Source of the DNA: an uncultured Clostridia bacterium
GTDB taxonomy: Bacteria; Bacillota; Clostridia; TANB77; CAG-508
NCBI GenBank assembly: GCA_904387305.1
Contig: CAJFLB010000011.1
Location: 10,156 to 74,155, forward strand
Length of the DNA: 64,000 nucleotides
Direction of reading: 5' to 3'
Shown here: positions 18,769 to 27,511 of the stretch, in pieces
Layout of the letters: the number at the start of each line of letters is the position of its first letter
Numbering within the stretch: the stretch's first letter is position 1
Notes under the pieces: model-generated
What the model was told of the DNA's origin: nothing
The model's input: the letters and a program-made list of their open reading frames with translations, nothing else
Databases searched by the model: none
Position numbers and translations under genes: made by a program

Positions 18769-20037
18769 CTAAGGTTGTTCTCCTAATCTAATTGTTAAAT
18801 CTTTTTGCTCACCATTTCTATTAACTGTAATCGTCATTTCATCACCAATATTATGTGAATTTTTAATCTCATTTAATTCATCCATTGTTTTAACATCTTT
18901 TCCATCTGCTTTTATAATAACATCACCAATTTTTATTCCACCTTTTTCAGCAGCTGAAAATGTTTCAACATTTTTTACATAAATACCTTCTACTAAATTA
19001 TTTTTCTCAGCGGTTTCAGCATTTAAATCCATTCCTGTAACACCAATATAAGGTCTTCTTACTTTACTATATTGAATTAATTGAGAAGTAATATCTGTTG
19101 TTGAGTTAATTGGTATAGCAAATCCCATACCTTCAACATCACTACCTGTTAATTTCAAGGTGTTAACACCAATGACTTTTCCTTCGCTATTTACTAAGGC
19201 ACCACCACTATTACCAGCATTGATAGCTGCATCTGTTTGGATTAAAGTATAGGTTTTTCCGTCTGTATCGGTAACTTCTCTGTTAACAGCACTAACAACA
19301 CCACAAGTAATTGTACTTTGTAATCCTAAAGGACTACCAACAGCCATTGCAAATTCTCCTACTTTAATAGAATCTGAATCAGCAAACTCTGCTTTTGTTA
19401 AACCAGTTGCATCGATTTTTATAACAGCTAAATCTGTTTCTGCATCAGTACCAACAATTTTTGCTTCATATTGCTTATCGTCATTAAATAATGAAACTGT
19501 AATTTTTGTAGCTTCTGATACTTGATAATATGCTTCTGCTTCACTAGAAGAAACAACATGGTTATTTGTTAAAATATATCCATCATCACTAATGATAATA
19601 CCTGAACCTGTTGCACTAGCAGTAGATGTTTGACTTCCTCCAAACATAGAAAACATAGATGTTACATTATATTCAATTTGAATACCAACAATTGATGGTA
19701 AAATTTTATTTGCTGCATATACAGCTGTATCAGAATAATTAGATAAAGAAACTTGATCAACATATCCACTTGATTGTGAACCAGAAGAACTATTAGATAA
19801 ATTAGAAGCTCCAGTTCCCATAATTTCATTTCTTATAGATGGAATACCAAAACAAGTACCTAATACAACTGCACAACCAACAACTCCACTGAAGAAGGGA
19901 ATAACAACATTTCTTCCGAAATTTGATTTCTTTTTAGGTTTGTTATCAATTTCATATACTGCTTTGTAATTATTTGGATTTGAAACAGTTTTAAATTTTG
20001 AATTATTTGTTTGATTTTCTTGATTATTGTTTTCCAT
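18769..20037 (-). CDS. htrA: HtrA/DegP-family serine protease (trypsin-like domain plus PDZ)
   Basis: Catalytic triad context ILTNNHVV, DLAVIKI, GNSGGALVN. C-terminal PDZ. N-terminal TM. Confidence 0.9.
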   Translation of the reverse strand: MENNNQENQTNNSKFKTVSNPNNYKAVYEIDNKPKKKSNFGRNVVIPFFSGVVGCAVVLGTCFGIPSIRNEIMGTGASNLSNSSSGSQSSGYVDQVSLSNYSDTAVYAANKILPSIVGIQIEYNVTSMFSMFGGSQTSTASATGSGIIISDDGYILTNNHVVSSSEAEAYYQVSEATKITVSLFNDDKQYEAKIVGTDAETDLAVIKIDATGLTKAEFADSDSIKVGEFAMAVGSPLGLQSTITCGVVSAVNREVTDTDGKTYTLIQTDAAINAGNSGGALVNSEGKVIGVNTLKLTGSDVEGMGFAIPINSTTDITSQLIQYSKVRRPYIGVTGMDLNAETAEKNNLVEGIYVKNVETFSAAEKGGIKIGDVIIKADGKDVKTMDELNEIKNSHNIGDEMTITVNRNGEQKDLTIRLGEQP

Positions 20038-20322
20038 ATATATTACCTCCTAATTTATATATATATTAACCTATTCTGAAGATATCATACAATATATTTG
20101 TGAATTTTATGTGACGGAAATAGGATTTTTTATAACTATTTTTCCTATAAATATTATATAAAATTTATAGAAAATAAGAAAGAATTCCAATGATTTTTAT
20201 TGAAAAAAATATAATAAAAAGATATAATATAAGAAAATTAACCTTGTTGTAACAAAAAATCAAGATAAAAATAACGTTGCACAGAAAAATAAATGATTTA
20301 GAGCAATAGGAGAAAAAGTAAA

Positions 20323-20850
20323 ATGAAAAAAAATAATCAAAAAGGTATTACGTTAGTTGTATTAACAATAACAATAATTATTCTAGTAATTTTAGCAGGA
20401 GTAACTATTTATACAGGGAAAGATTCTATTCAAAAAGCAAATTTAGAGGGGTTAAAAACCAATATGCTATTAATTGAAGCAAAATCAAAAGAATATTTAG
20501 AAAATGCAAGTTTTAAATTAGGTGTTAATCCTAACAGAGATACAATGTACAATGATGCAAAAGAAAATTTAAGTGGGGAAGATAAAGGAACAGCTGTTAC
20601 TGCAGATGATGGAATTGTGGAAAAGTTATTAAGTATTGGAATTAAACAAGAAGATATAGATAAGGGAAAAGTATATAAATTAACAACAGAAAATTTGGAA
20701 AAAATGGGAATTAATGATGTAAAGTCAAATGATGAAGAAGGATGGTACATTATTGTATATAATTTAGAAGAAACAACAGCTGAAATATACCATACAATAG
20801 GTTATCAAGAAAAATATTCCTTAACAGATATTGAACAAATAGAAATATAA
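20323..20850 (+). CDS. hypothetical protein with prepilin-like N-terminus
   Basis: MKKNNQKG/ITLVVLTITIIILVILAG resembles a class III (prepilin) signal, but the conserved Glu+5 is absent. Confidence 0.3.
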   Translation: MKKNNQKGITLVVLTITIIILVILAGVTIYTGKDSIQKANLEGLKTNMLLIEAKSKEYLENASFKLGVNPNRDTMYNDAKENLSGEDKGTAVTADDGIVEKLLSIGIKQEDIDKGKVYKLTTENLEKMGINDVKSNDEEGWYIIVYNLEETTAEIYHTIGYQEKYSLTDIEQIEI

Positions 20851-20918
20851 GATGCTTAACCTTTTTATATACAAAAAAATCTAAATAGGGAATAAAAGTG
20901 ATTTTTTAATAGGAAAGC

Positions 20919-21593
20919 ATGTATACTAAAATGAATGAAAGAAATAAGGAAAGAAGAGTGGAGACAATAAAAGAAAAAGAATTAGAACGACTAACCAATT
21001 TAAAGAAAATGGAAAAAGAACTTTATAATAAAGGATTTGAATATATTTGTGGAATAGATGAAGCAGGAAGAGGACCATTAGCTGGTCCTGTTGTTGTTGC
21101 AGGGGTAATTATGCCTAAAGACTCTATGATAGAAGGGGTAAACGACTCTAAAAAAGTTTCAGAAAAGAAACGAGAAAAGTTATATGACGTGATTTTAGAA
21201 GAAGCAATCAGCTATTCAGTTGCTATTGTCGGACAAGATGTTATAGATGATATCAATATTTTAAATGCAACCAAACAAGGTGTTACAAAAGTAGTAGAGG
21301 AATTAGAGGTAAAACCTAATTTAATATTAGTAGATGCACTAACACATATTAATACCAAAGGGATTCCTTATGATTCTATTATTAAAGGAGATGCTAAATG
21401 TTATAACATAGCAGCTGCATCGATTATTGCAAAAGTAACAAGGGATAGAATTATGCGTGAATGGGATGAAATCTATCCTCAATATGGTTTTATTAATCAT
21501 AAAGGATATGGGACAGCTAAACACATTGAAGCATTAAAAGAATATGGACCATGTCCAATCCATAGAAAGACATTTATTAAAAATTTTATATAG
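20919..21593 (+). CDS. rnhB: ribonuclease HII
   Basis: GIDEAGRGPLAGPVVVAG and the DSKK motif. The start could be a downstream Met. Confidence 0.9.
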   Translation: MYTKMNERNKERRVETIKEKELERLTNLKKMEKELYNKGFEYICGIDEAGRGPLAGPVVVAGVIMPKDSMIEGVNDSKKVSEKKREKLYDVILEEAISYSVAIVGQDVIDDINILNATKQGVTKVVEELEVKPNLILVDALTHINTKGIPYDSIIKGDAKCYNIAAASIIAKVTRDRIMREWDEIYPQYGFINHKGYGTAKHIEALKEYGPCPIHRKTFIKNFI

Positions 21594-21603
21594 AGGAGAG
21601 TAT

Positions 21604-22908
21604 ATGAACATTTTAGAAATTATAGAAAAAAAGAGAGATAAAAAAGAATTGTCAAAGGCGGAAATTGAATATTTTATTGAGGGATATACAAATGACCAAA
21701 TAGCAGATTATCAAGCTTCTGCACTAATCATGGCAATTTATTTAAATGGAATGACAAAACAAGAAACCACAGATTTGACGATTGCAATGGCAAACTCAGG
21801 AGAACAATTAGATTTATCAAGCTTAAACGAAGTGATTGTTGATAAACATTCAACAGGAGGCGTAGGAGACAAAGTATCACTAATCTTATTACCACTTGTT
21901 GCATCTTTAGGCGTACCAGTGGCAAAAATGTCTGGAAGAGGATTGGGATTTACAGGAGGAACAGTTGACAAATTAGAATCTATACCAGGATATCAAACAG
22001 GTATCAATATCCACAAATTTGTAGAAAATGTGGAAAAAGTAGGAATCAGTATGATTTCTCAAACGTTAAATTTAGCACCAGCAGATAAAAAAATATATAG
22101 TTTGAGAGATAGTATTTCTTGTGTAGAAAGTATTCCATTAATTGCTTCTAGTATTATGAGTAAAAAAATTGCAAGTGGTGCACAAAAAATTGTGCTAGAT
22201 GTTACTTGGGGTTCAGGGGCTTTTATGCAATCTAAAGAGAGAGCAGAAGAATTAGCAAGTGAAATGATTGAAATCGGAAAATTAGCCAATAGAGAAACCG
22301 TGTGTATACTTACAAATATGGATGAACCATTGGGATATGCGGTAGGAAATTCTTTAGAAGTGATAGAAGCTATTCAATTTTTAAAGGGTGACATGCCAGA
22401 AGATGTAAAAGAGGTAGTATTAGAATTAGGAGCTTATATGGTACAACTTGCAGGAAAAGGGGAAGACATTCAAGAAAATAAAGCAAGATTGTTAGAAAAT
22501 ATAGAAAACGGAAAAGGATATGAAAAATTCATACAATTAATAGAAAACCAGGGAGGAGATTCTTCATATATTAGAGATATTCATCTATTTCCAAAGGCAA
22601 ATTATATAGAAAAAATATATAGTCCAAAAGATGGATATATACAAAGTATGAATGCAAAAAAAATTGGAAAAATTGTCTGTGATTTAGGAGCAGGGAGAAT
22701 TCGAAAAGAAGATAGTATTGATAATGCAGTAGGGATTGTATTGAATAAGAAAGTTTCAGATAAAGTAAAGAAGGAAGAATTATTAGTTACAATATTTGCA
22801 AATTCAAAGGAAAAGCTAGAAGAAGCCAAAAAGAAACTAATAGAGGTTATACAAATAGAGAATACAGGAATAGAAAAGCCTAAAATGATATTAGAAATTA
22901 TGAAATAA
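21604..22908 (+). CDS. pdp: pyrimidine-nucleoside (thymidine) phosphorylase
   Basis: ILEIIEKKRDKKELSKAEIEYFIEGYT ... DKHSTGGVGDK ... SGRGLGFTGGT. ATG at 21604 follows RBS GAGGAGAG; the upstream part of the track ORF overlaps rnhB. Confidence 0.9.
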   Translation: MNILEIIEKKRDKKELSKAEIEYFIEGYTNDQIADYQASALIMAIYLNGMTKQETTDLTIAMANSGEQLDLSSLNEVIVDKHSTGGVGDKVSLILLPLVASLGVPVAKMSGRGLGFTGGTVDKLESIPGYQTGINIHKFVENVEKVGISMISQTLNLAPADKKIYSLRDSISCVESIPLIASSIMSKKIASGAQKIVLDVTWGSGAFMQSKERAEELASEMIEIGKLANRETVCILTNMDEPLGYAVGNSLEVIEAIQFLKGDMPEDVKEVVLELGAYMVQLAGKGEDIQENKARLLENIENGKGYEKFIQLIENQGGDSSYIRDIHLFPKANYIEKIYSPKDGYIQSMNAKKIGKIVCDLGAGRIRKEDSIDNAVGIVLNKKVSDKVKKEELLVTIFANSKEKLEEAKKKLIEVIQIENTGIEKPKMILEIMK

Positions 22909-23233
22909 TAGAAGGGATTAAATAGAAAAAATTATTAATAGATGCAATTTAATAGGATATAAAAAATAGAGAAAAAATCATGATTAGATAATGAAGGTCT
23001 AATCATGATTTCCATTTATGTGCTTTACCCAATCAGTTGTATATAAAATTTTTATTTAATTATAAATAAAAATAAAAATTTTACCGAAAACTATACAAAA
23101 AACAAGAAAATAGTGATATAATATAAATGTTAATACAAACTTTTAGAACTAAAGTAAATATTTAAATATATAGGGGAAATCATATATAAAATCAATAAAA
23201 AAATGGATTTTCTCATGTAATAAAAAGAAAGGA

Positions 23234-23395
23234 ATGAATGAAAACATGAAAAAAGAAAAAAAACAACAAGAAAAAGTAAAGAAAACAAAGAATTATGATA
23301 AGGGAAGAATTTTTGTAAAAATAATGGCTGGTATTTTGGCAGCATTAATGATACTTGCTACAGCTTCAACATTAATATATTCACTAATGATATAG
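23234..23395 (+). CDS. small Lys-rich membrane protein (DUF4044-like), not in the ORF track
   Basis: MNENMKKEKKQQEKVKKTKNYDKGRIFVKIMAGILAALMILATASTLIYSLMI. RBS AAGGAA. Lies directly upstream of cdaA. Confidence 0.45.
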   Translation: MNENMKKEKKQQEKVKKTKNYDKGRIFVKIMAGILAALMILATASTLIYSLMI

Positions 23396-23413
23396 TAAAA
23401 AAGAGGTAAAAAT

Positions 23414-24361
23414 ATGATAATTGATTTTGGAATGAATTGGGAAAATTTTTATACAGATAATATAGTAGGATACATAAAATCATTGCAAGAAAATCCTTCT
23501 GAATTGATTACATTAATCATCGACTTAGCAATTGTAATATTTTTAATATATTCTTTTTTAAAAATTGTAAAAGGATCTAGAGCATGGCAGTTAATAAAAG
23601 GAATTGTATTATTAATTGTAATTACTTGGCTTAGTGGATTATTCAATTTACAAATTTTAAATTGGATTTTAACAGGTATTATGAACTTAGGAGTTATTGC
23701 CATTATTGTTATATTCCAACCAGAATTAAGGAGAGGACTTGAACAATTAGGAACCAACAAATTTACAAAGTTCTTTGGAATTGATAAAGATTTAGCAACA
23801 AAAACAAAGGAAGATATTTATAAAATTGTTATTGCAGCAGTAGAATTGTCGAAAAGTAAAATAGGAGCCTTAATTGTTATAGAAAGAGACATAAAAATAC
23901 AAGATGTCATATCTAGTGGAATTCCAATGAATGCTGATGTATCACCACAGTTATTAGTAAATATCTTTGAGCCAAAAACGCCATTACATGATGGAGCAGT
24001 TATTATTTCAGGAAATAAAATAGCAGCTGCAGCATGTGTATTACCACTTGCAGATGATAATGATATAGCAAAAGAATTAGGAACAAGACATAGAGCAGCA
24101 ATTGGTATATCTAAAGAATCTGACAGCATTGTAGTTGTTGTTTCAGAAGAAACTGGAAAAATATCTATTGCAAAAGATGGAACATTGATTGCAGATGTAA
24201 GTGAAGATGCCTTGAAAAAAATATTAATTAGTAATGTGGTAACAAAGAGATTTGCAGTAGAAAAAAGAGAAAGAAGAAATAAAATAAAAGAAATAAGAGA
24301 AAAGTTACATAGGGAAAAGCAAGAAGAAACAGTAAACGAAAAGGAAGAAAAGAAAGAATAG
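23414..24361 (+). CDS. cdaA: diadenylate cyclase CdaA (three N-terminal TM helices plus DAC domain)
   Basis: DAC motifs TPLHDGAVII and GTRHRAAIGISKESDSIVVVVSEETG. Has a Lys/Glu-rich C-terminal tail. Confidence 0.9.
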   Translation: MIIDFGMNWENFYTDNIVGYIKSLQENPSELITLIIDLAIVIFLIYSFLKIVKGSRAWQLIKGIVLLIVITWLSGLFNLQILNWILTGIMNLGVIAIIVIFQPELRRGLEQLGTNKFTKFFGIDKDLATKTKEDIYKIVIAAVELSKSKIGALIVIERDIKIQDVISSGIPMNADVSPQLLVNIFEPKTPLHDGAVIISGNKIAAAACVLPLADDNDIAKELGTRHRAAIGISKESDSIVVVVSEETGKISIAKDGTLIADVSEDALKKILISNVVTKRFAVEKRERRNKIKEIREKLHREKQEETVNEKEEKKE

Positions 24362-24414
24362 AAAGTCGCTAATGTGCGACTTTTACTATTTATAAAAAGA
24401 AAGGAAATAAAATT

Positions 24415-25158
24415 GTGAGAAATATTAAATTAGTAATTGAATATGATGGAAAAGATTTTAACGGATGGCAAAAACAACCAACGAAATTAAATATTCAAGG
24501 AGAGATTGAAAGGGCTATTAAGCAAATAACAGGTGAAGAAGTGGACTTAACAGCATCAGGAAGAACTGATGCTGGTGTTCATGCTCTTGGACAAGTAGCT
24601 AACTTTAAAACAAATTCTAATATACCAATTGAAAAAATTCCAATAGCATTAAATTCAAACTTAAAAAAATCTATTGTTATAAAGTCAGCAGAAGAGGTGG
24701 AAGAGAGATTTCATAGTCGATTAAATTGCAAAAGAAAAACTTATCGATACATTATAAATAATTCAAAATATGGAACAGCAATTTATAGGAATCTAGAAAC
24801 GCATATACCAATGAAACTAGATATACAAAAAATGCAAGAAGCAGTAAAATATTTTGAAGGAGAACATAACTTTAAAGCATTTAAAGCAAGTGGGACAAGT
24901 AGTAAAAGTAGTGTAAGAACAATCTATAAAGCAGAAGTAATCGATGCAGGAAATGAAAAAATTTACATAGAATTAACAGGGAATGGTTTTTTATATAATA
25001 TGGTAAGAATCATTTCAGGAACACTTGTAGAAGTAGGATTAGGGAAAATAAAACCTAGTGAAATACAAACAATTATTGAATCTCAAAAAAGGGAAAACGC
25101 AGGAAAAACATTGCCTCCACAGGGACTATACTTAGTTAATGTAGAATATGAGAAATAA
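24415..25158 (+). CDS. truA: tRNA pseudouridine(38-40) synthase
   Basis: IEYDGKDFNGWQKQP ... ASGRTDAGVHALGQVANF. GTG start. Confidence 0.9.
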   Translation: MRNIKLVIEYDGKDFNGWQKQPTKLNIQGEIERAIKQITGEEVDLTASGRTDAGVHALGQVANFKTNSNIPIEKIPIALNSNLKKSIVIKSAEEVEERFHSRLNCKRKTYRYIINNSKYGTAIYRNLETHIPMKLDIQKMQEAVKYFEGEHNFKAFKASGTSSKSSVRTIYKAEVIDAGNEKIYIELTGNGFLYNMVRIISGTLVEVGLGKIKPSEIQTIIESQKRENAGKTLPPQGLYLVNVEYEK

Positions 25159-25278
25159 AATAATTCAAGTAAAAGTAAATTATCGTATGGTTACATTTAC
25201 TTAATGATTTTTTCATAATATGAACAAAGCAAATGGATTATGCATAAAATATAGTAAAAAGAAAAAAGGAGAAAGCAT

Positions 25279-25917
25279 ATGAATACAATTTTACTTATAT
25301 TTTTTGCAATACCATTAGCTGTTATTATATTTTCCATAGCTTTACAGAAAATATTGAAATGTCCATCATTAGTAGCAGGAATCATATTTGTAATAGGAAT
25401 TATCATTACATTTATTATAGGAAATTTAATCTTTTTAGCAGCAACATTGGTATACACATTTATTAGTTATATAACAGCATTGATTATCTGTTTACTAAGT
25501 AGATACAACAATCATGATAACGATAATAGTTGCTGTAGAAGAAATCGTTGTTGTAATAACAATAATAATGAAAATGACTTGCTAACCATAAGTAGCTGTT
25601 GCCAAAACAACGGAAATGGTGATTTATTGACAATCAATAGTAGTTGTGCAAATGGGAACAGCAATAATTTACTTACAATTAGTAGTAATAATAATAGAAA
25701 TGGTTGTTGTAATAATGACAACAATAATGGTTGTGGATGTGGAAATAATAATGGCATAAGCACAGCCAATACAATAAATGGTGTTATCAGAATTGTGGAT
25801 AGTAATGGAAATAGTTCTTGTAATAATGATGAAATAACAACTAGAATCAATGTAGTTCCTAATAATGCCAATAATGGTAGAACGGGATGTATTTGTGGAA
25901 GATATAGAAGAAGATGA
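25279..25917 (+). CDS. membrane protein with an Asn/Cys-rich repetitive C-terminal domain
   Basis: Three predicted TM helices, then NSCCRRNRCCNNNNNENDLLTISSCCQNNGNGDLLTINSSCANGNSNNLLTISSNNNRNGCCNNDNNNGCGCG, i.e. three degenerate 16-aa (48-bp) repeats. RBS AAGGAGAA. Confidence 0.55.
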   Translation: MNTILLIFFAIPLAVIIFSIALQKILKCPSLVAGIIFVIGIIITFIIGNLIFLAATLVYTFISYITALIICLLSRYNNHDNDNSCCRRNRCCNNNNNENDLLTISSCCQNNGNGDLLTINSSCANGNSNNLLTISSNNNRNGCCNNDNNNGCGCGNNNGISTANTINGVIRIVDSNGNSSCNNDEITTRINVVPNNANNGRTGCICGRYRRR

Positions 25918-25924
25918 TTTTGGG

Positions 25925-26293
25925 AGCAATTGGGGACGTTTCCCTTTGGACATTTTGAGGGAGTTGGGGACGGACTCATTTTTTCCTTTTCATATTGTGA
26001 TTTATCTAAAAAATATAGAATATAAAGTCATTACACAATTTTGTATAAGCTAAATTTTCATAGAAATTCTATAATAAAACTGTGATTTTTTTGCATTGTT
26101 ACTTTTGACAGAAAGCAAAATGCAAAGAAATCACAGTTTTATTAATAATTTCTAAATTCAAATTTAGATACGCAAAATCGTTTCATTTTTTTATATTCTA
26201 TATTTTTCATTTTAGTCAAATTCGAAAAAGGGAAAAATGAGCTCGACCTCAACTCCCTCAAAATGTCCAAAGGGAAACATCCCCAATTGTCCC
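25925..26293. repeat. family A palindromic intergenic element, copy 2
   Basis: gcaattggggacgtttccctttggacattttgagggagttggggacggactcatttttt and its reverse complement at 26226-26293. The interior is near-identical to copy 1. Confidence 0.85.
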
Positions 26294-26355
26294 ATTTTTT
26301 TATTGAATAGGAAACAATATGAAACTTTTGGATTTCACAATACAACGAGAACTTA

Positions 26356-26473
26356 AATATATATAGTTAAATTAGGAAGGTAGAGAAAAGTTCTCGCGAA
26401 GCGAGATTTGTCATTGTATAGGAAAAATCAAGTTTTTCCTATACAAGAACGTCGCTTCGCTCTAGTGATTGCA
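26356..26473. repeat. family B intergenic repeat, copy 1
   Basis: Module atatatagttaaattaggaaggtagagaaaagttctcgcgaagcgagatttgtc, hairpin tataggaaaaatcaagtttttcctata, and module gtcgcttcgctctagtgattgca. The modules recur at 34025-34176 and 38997-39063. Confidence 0.75.
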
Positions 26474-26529
26474 GGGTTGAAATTTTGTGGAATTTGTGGT
26501 AATATATATCATACGAAAAGGAGGAGAAG

Positions 26530-27384
26530 ATGTTAGAAATTATAGAAGATACAATAATAGATAGTGTAAGATTAATTCCTTTCTTATTTCTTACATATTT
26601 ATTAATGGAATATATAGAACATAAGACTAAAGAAAAAACAAAGGAAACCATAAAAAAATCGGGAAAATTTGGACCATTTTTTGGCGCATTACTTGGAATT
26701 GTTCCTCAATGTGGATTTTCTGTTTCTGCAACTAATTTATATGCAGCAAGAGTGATAACTTTAGGAACACTAATTGCAGTTTATTTATCAACATCTGACG
26801 AAATGTTGCCAATTTTCTTATCAGAAGGAGTAGCTATTGATGTTATTATAAAAATATTAGCTATTAAATTAATTATTGGTATGGTAGCAGGATTTTTAAT
26901 TGATTTAGTTATAAGTCTAAAGAATAAGGGCAAGAATGAAGAGGAAAAAATTATTGATTTATGTGAAAAAGAACATTGCCATTGTGAACACGGAATATGG
27001 AAATCTGCATTAAAACATACTGTCAATATATTTATATTTATATTTATTATAACATTTGTCATTAATTTAGCAATTTACTTTATTGGAGAAGAAACGATAG
27101 CTGGATTTATGCTAGATAGACCAATATTAGGACCAATTATATCTGGAATTATTGGATTAATTCCAAACTGTGCTTCATCAGTTATTATTACACAAATGTA
27201 TTTAGAAAATATCATATCTGTTGGTACAATGATTGCAGGCTTGTTAGTTGGGGCAGGTGTAGGACTAGCAGTTTTGTTTAGAACGAATAAAGGTATAAAA
27301 GAAAATATAAAAATTACAGTTTTATTATATGCAATAGGTGTTATATCTGGTATTATATTAGAATTGGTTGGATTGACAATTTAA
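26530..27384 (+). CDS. putative metal (Mn/As) transporter, ArsP_2 / DUF2899 family 10-TM protein
   Basis: IDSVRLIPFLFLTYLLMEYIEHK ... GALLGIVPQCGFSVSATNLYAARVITLGTLIAVYLSTSDEMLPI, with an internal duplication (LIPNCASSVIITQMY). Confidence 0.7.
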   Translation: MLEIIEDTIIDSVRLIPFLFLTYLLMEYIEHKTKEKTKETIKKSGKFGPFFGALLGIVPQCGFSVSATNLYAARVITLGTLIAVYLSTSDEMLPIFLSEGVAIDVIIKILAIKLIIGMVAGFLIDLVISLKNKGKNEEEKIIDLCEKEHCHCEHGIWKSALKHTVNIFIFIFIITFVINLAIYFIGEETIAGFMLDRPILGPIISGIIGLIPNCASSVIITQMYLENIISVGTMIAGLLVGAGVGLAVLFRTNKGIKENIKITVLLYAIGVISGIILELVGLTI

Positions 27385-27472
27385 AAAATATTTTTACCAA
27401 AATCGAATATTCGATGTAGGAACAAAATTTTCACAATTTAAAAGAAACTGAAATTTATTAATATCAAACCAG

Positions 27473-27505
27473 AAAGACTTACGAATGGTAATCGTAAGTC
27501 TTTTA
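27473..27505. terminator. bidirectional terminator
   Basis: aaagacttacga-atggtaa-tcgtaagtcttt. Confidence 0.7.
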
Positions 27506-27511
27506 AGCATT

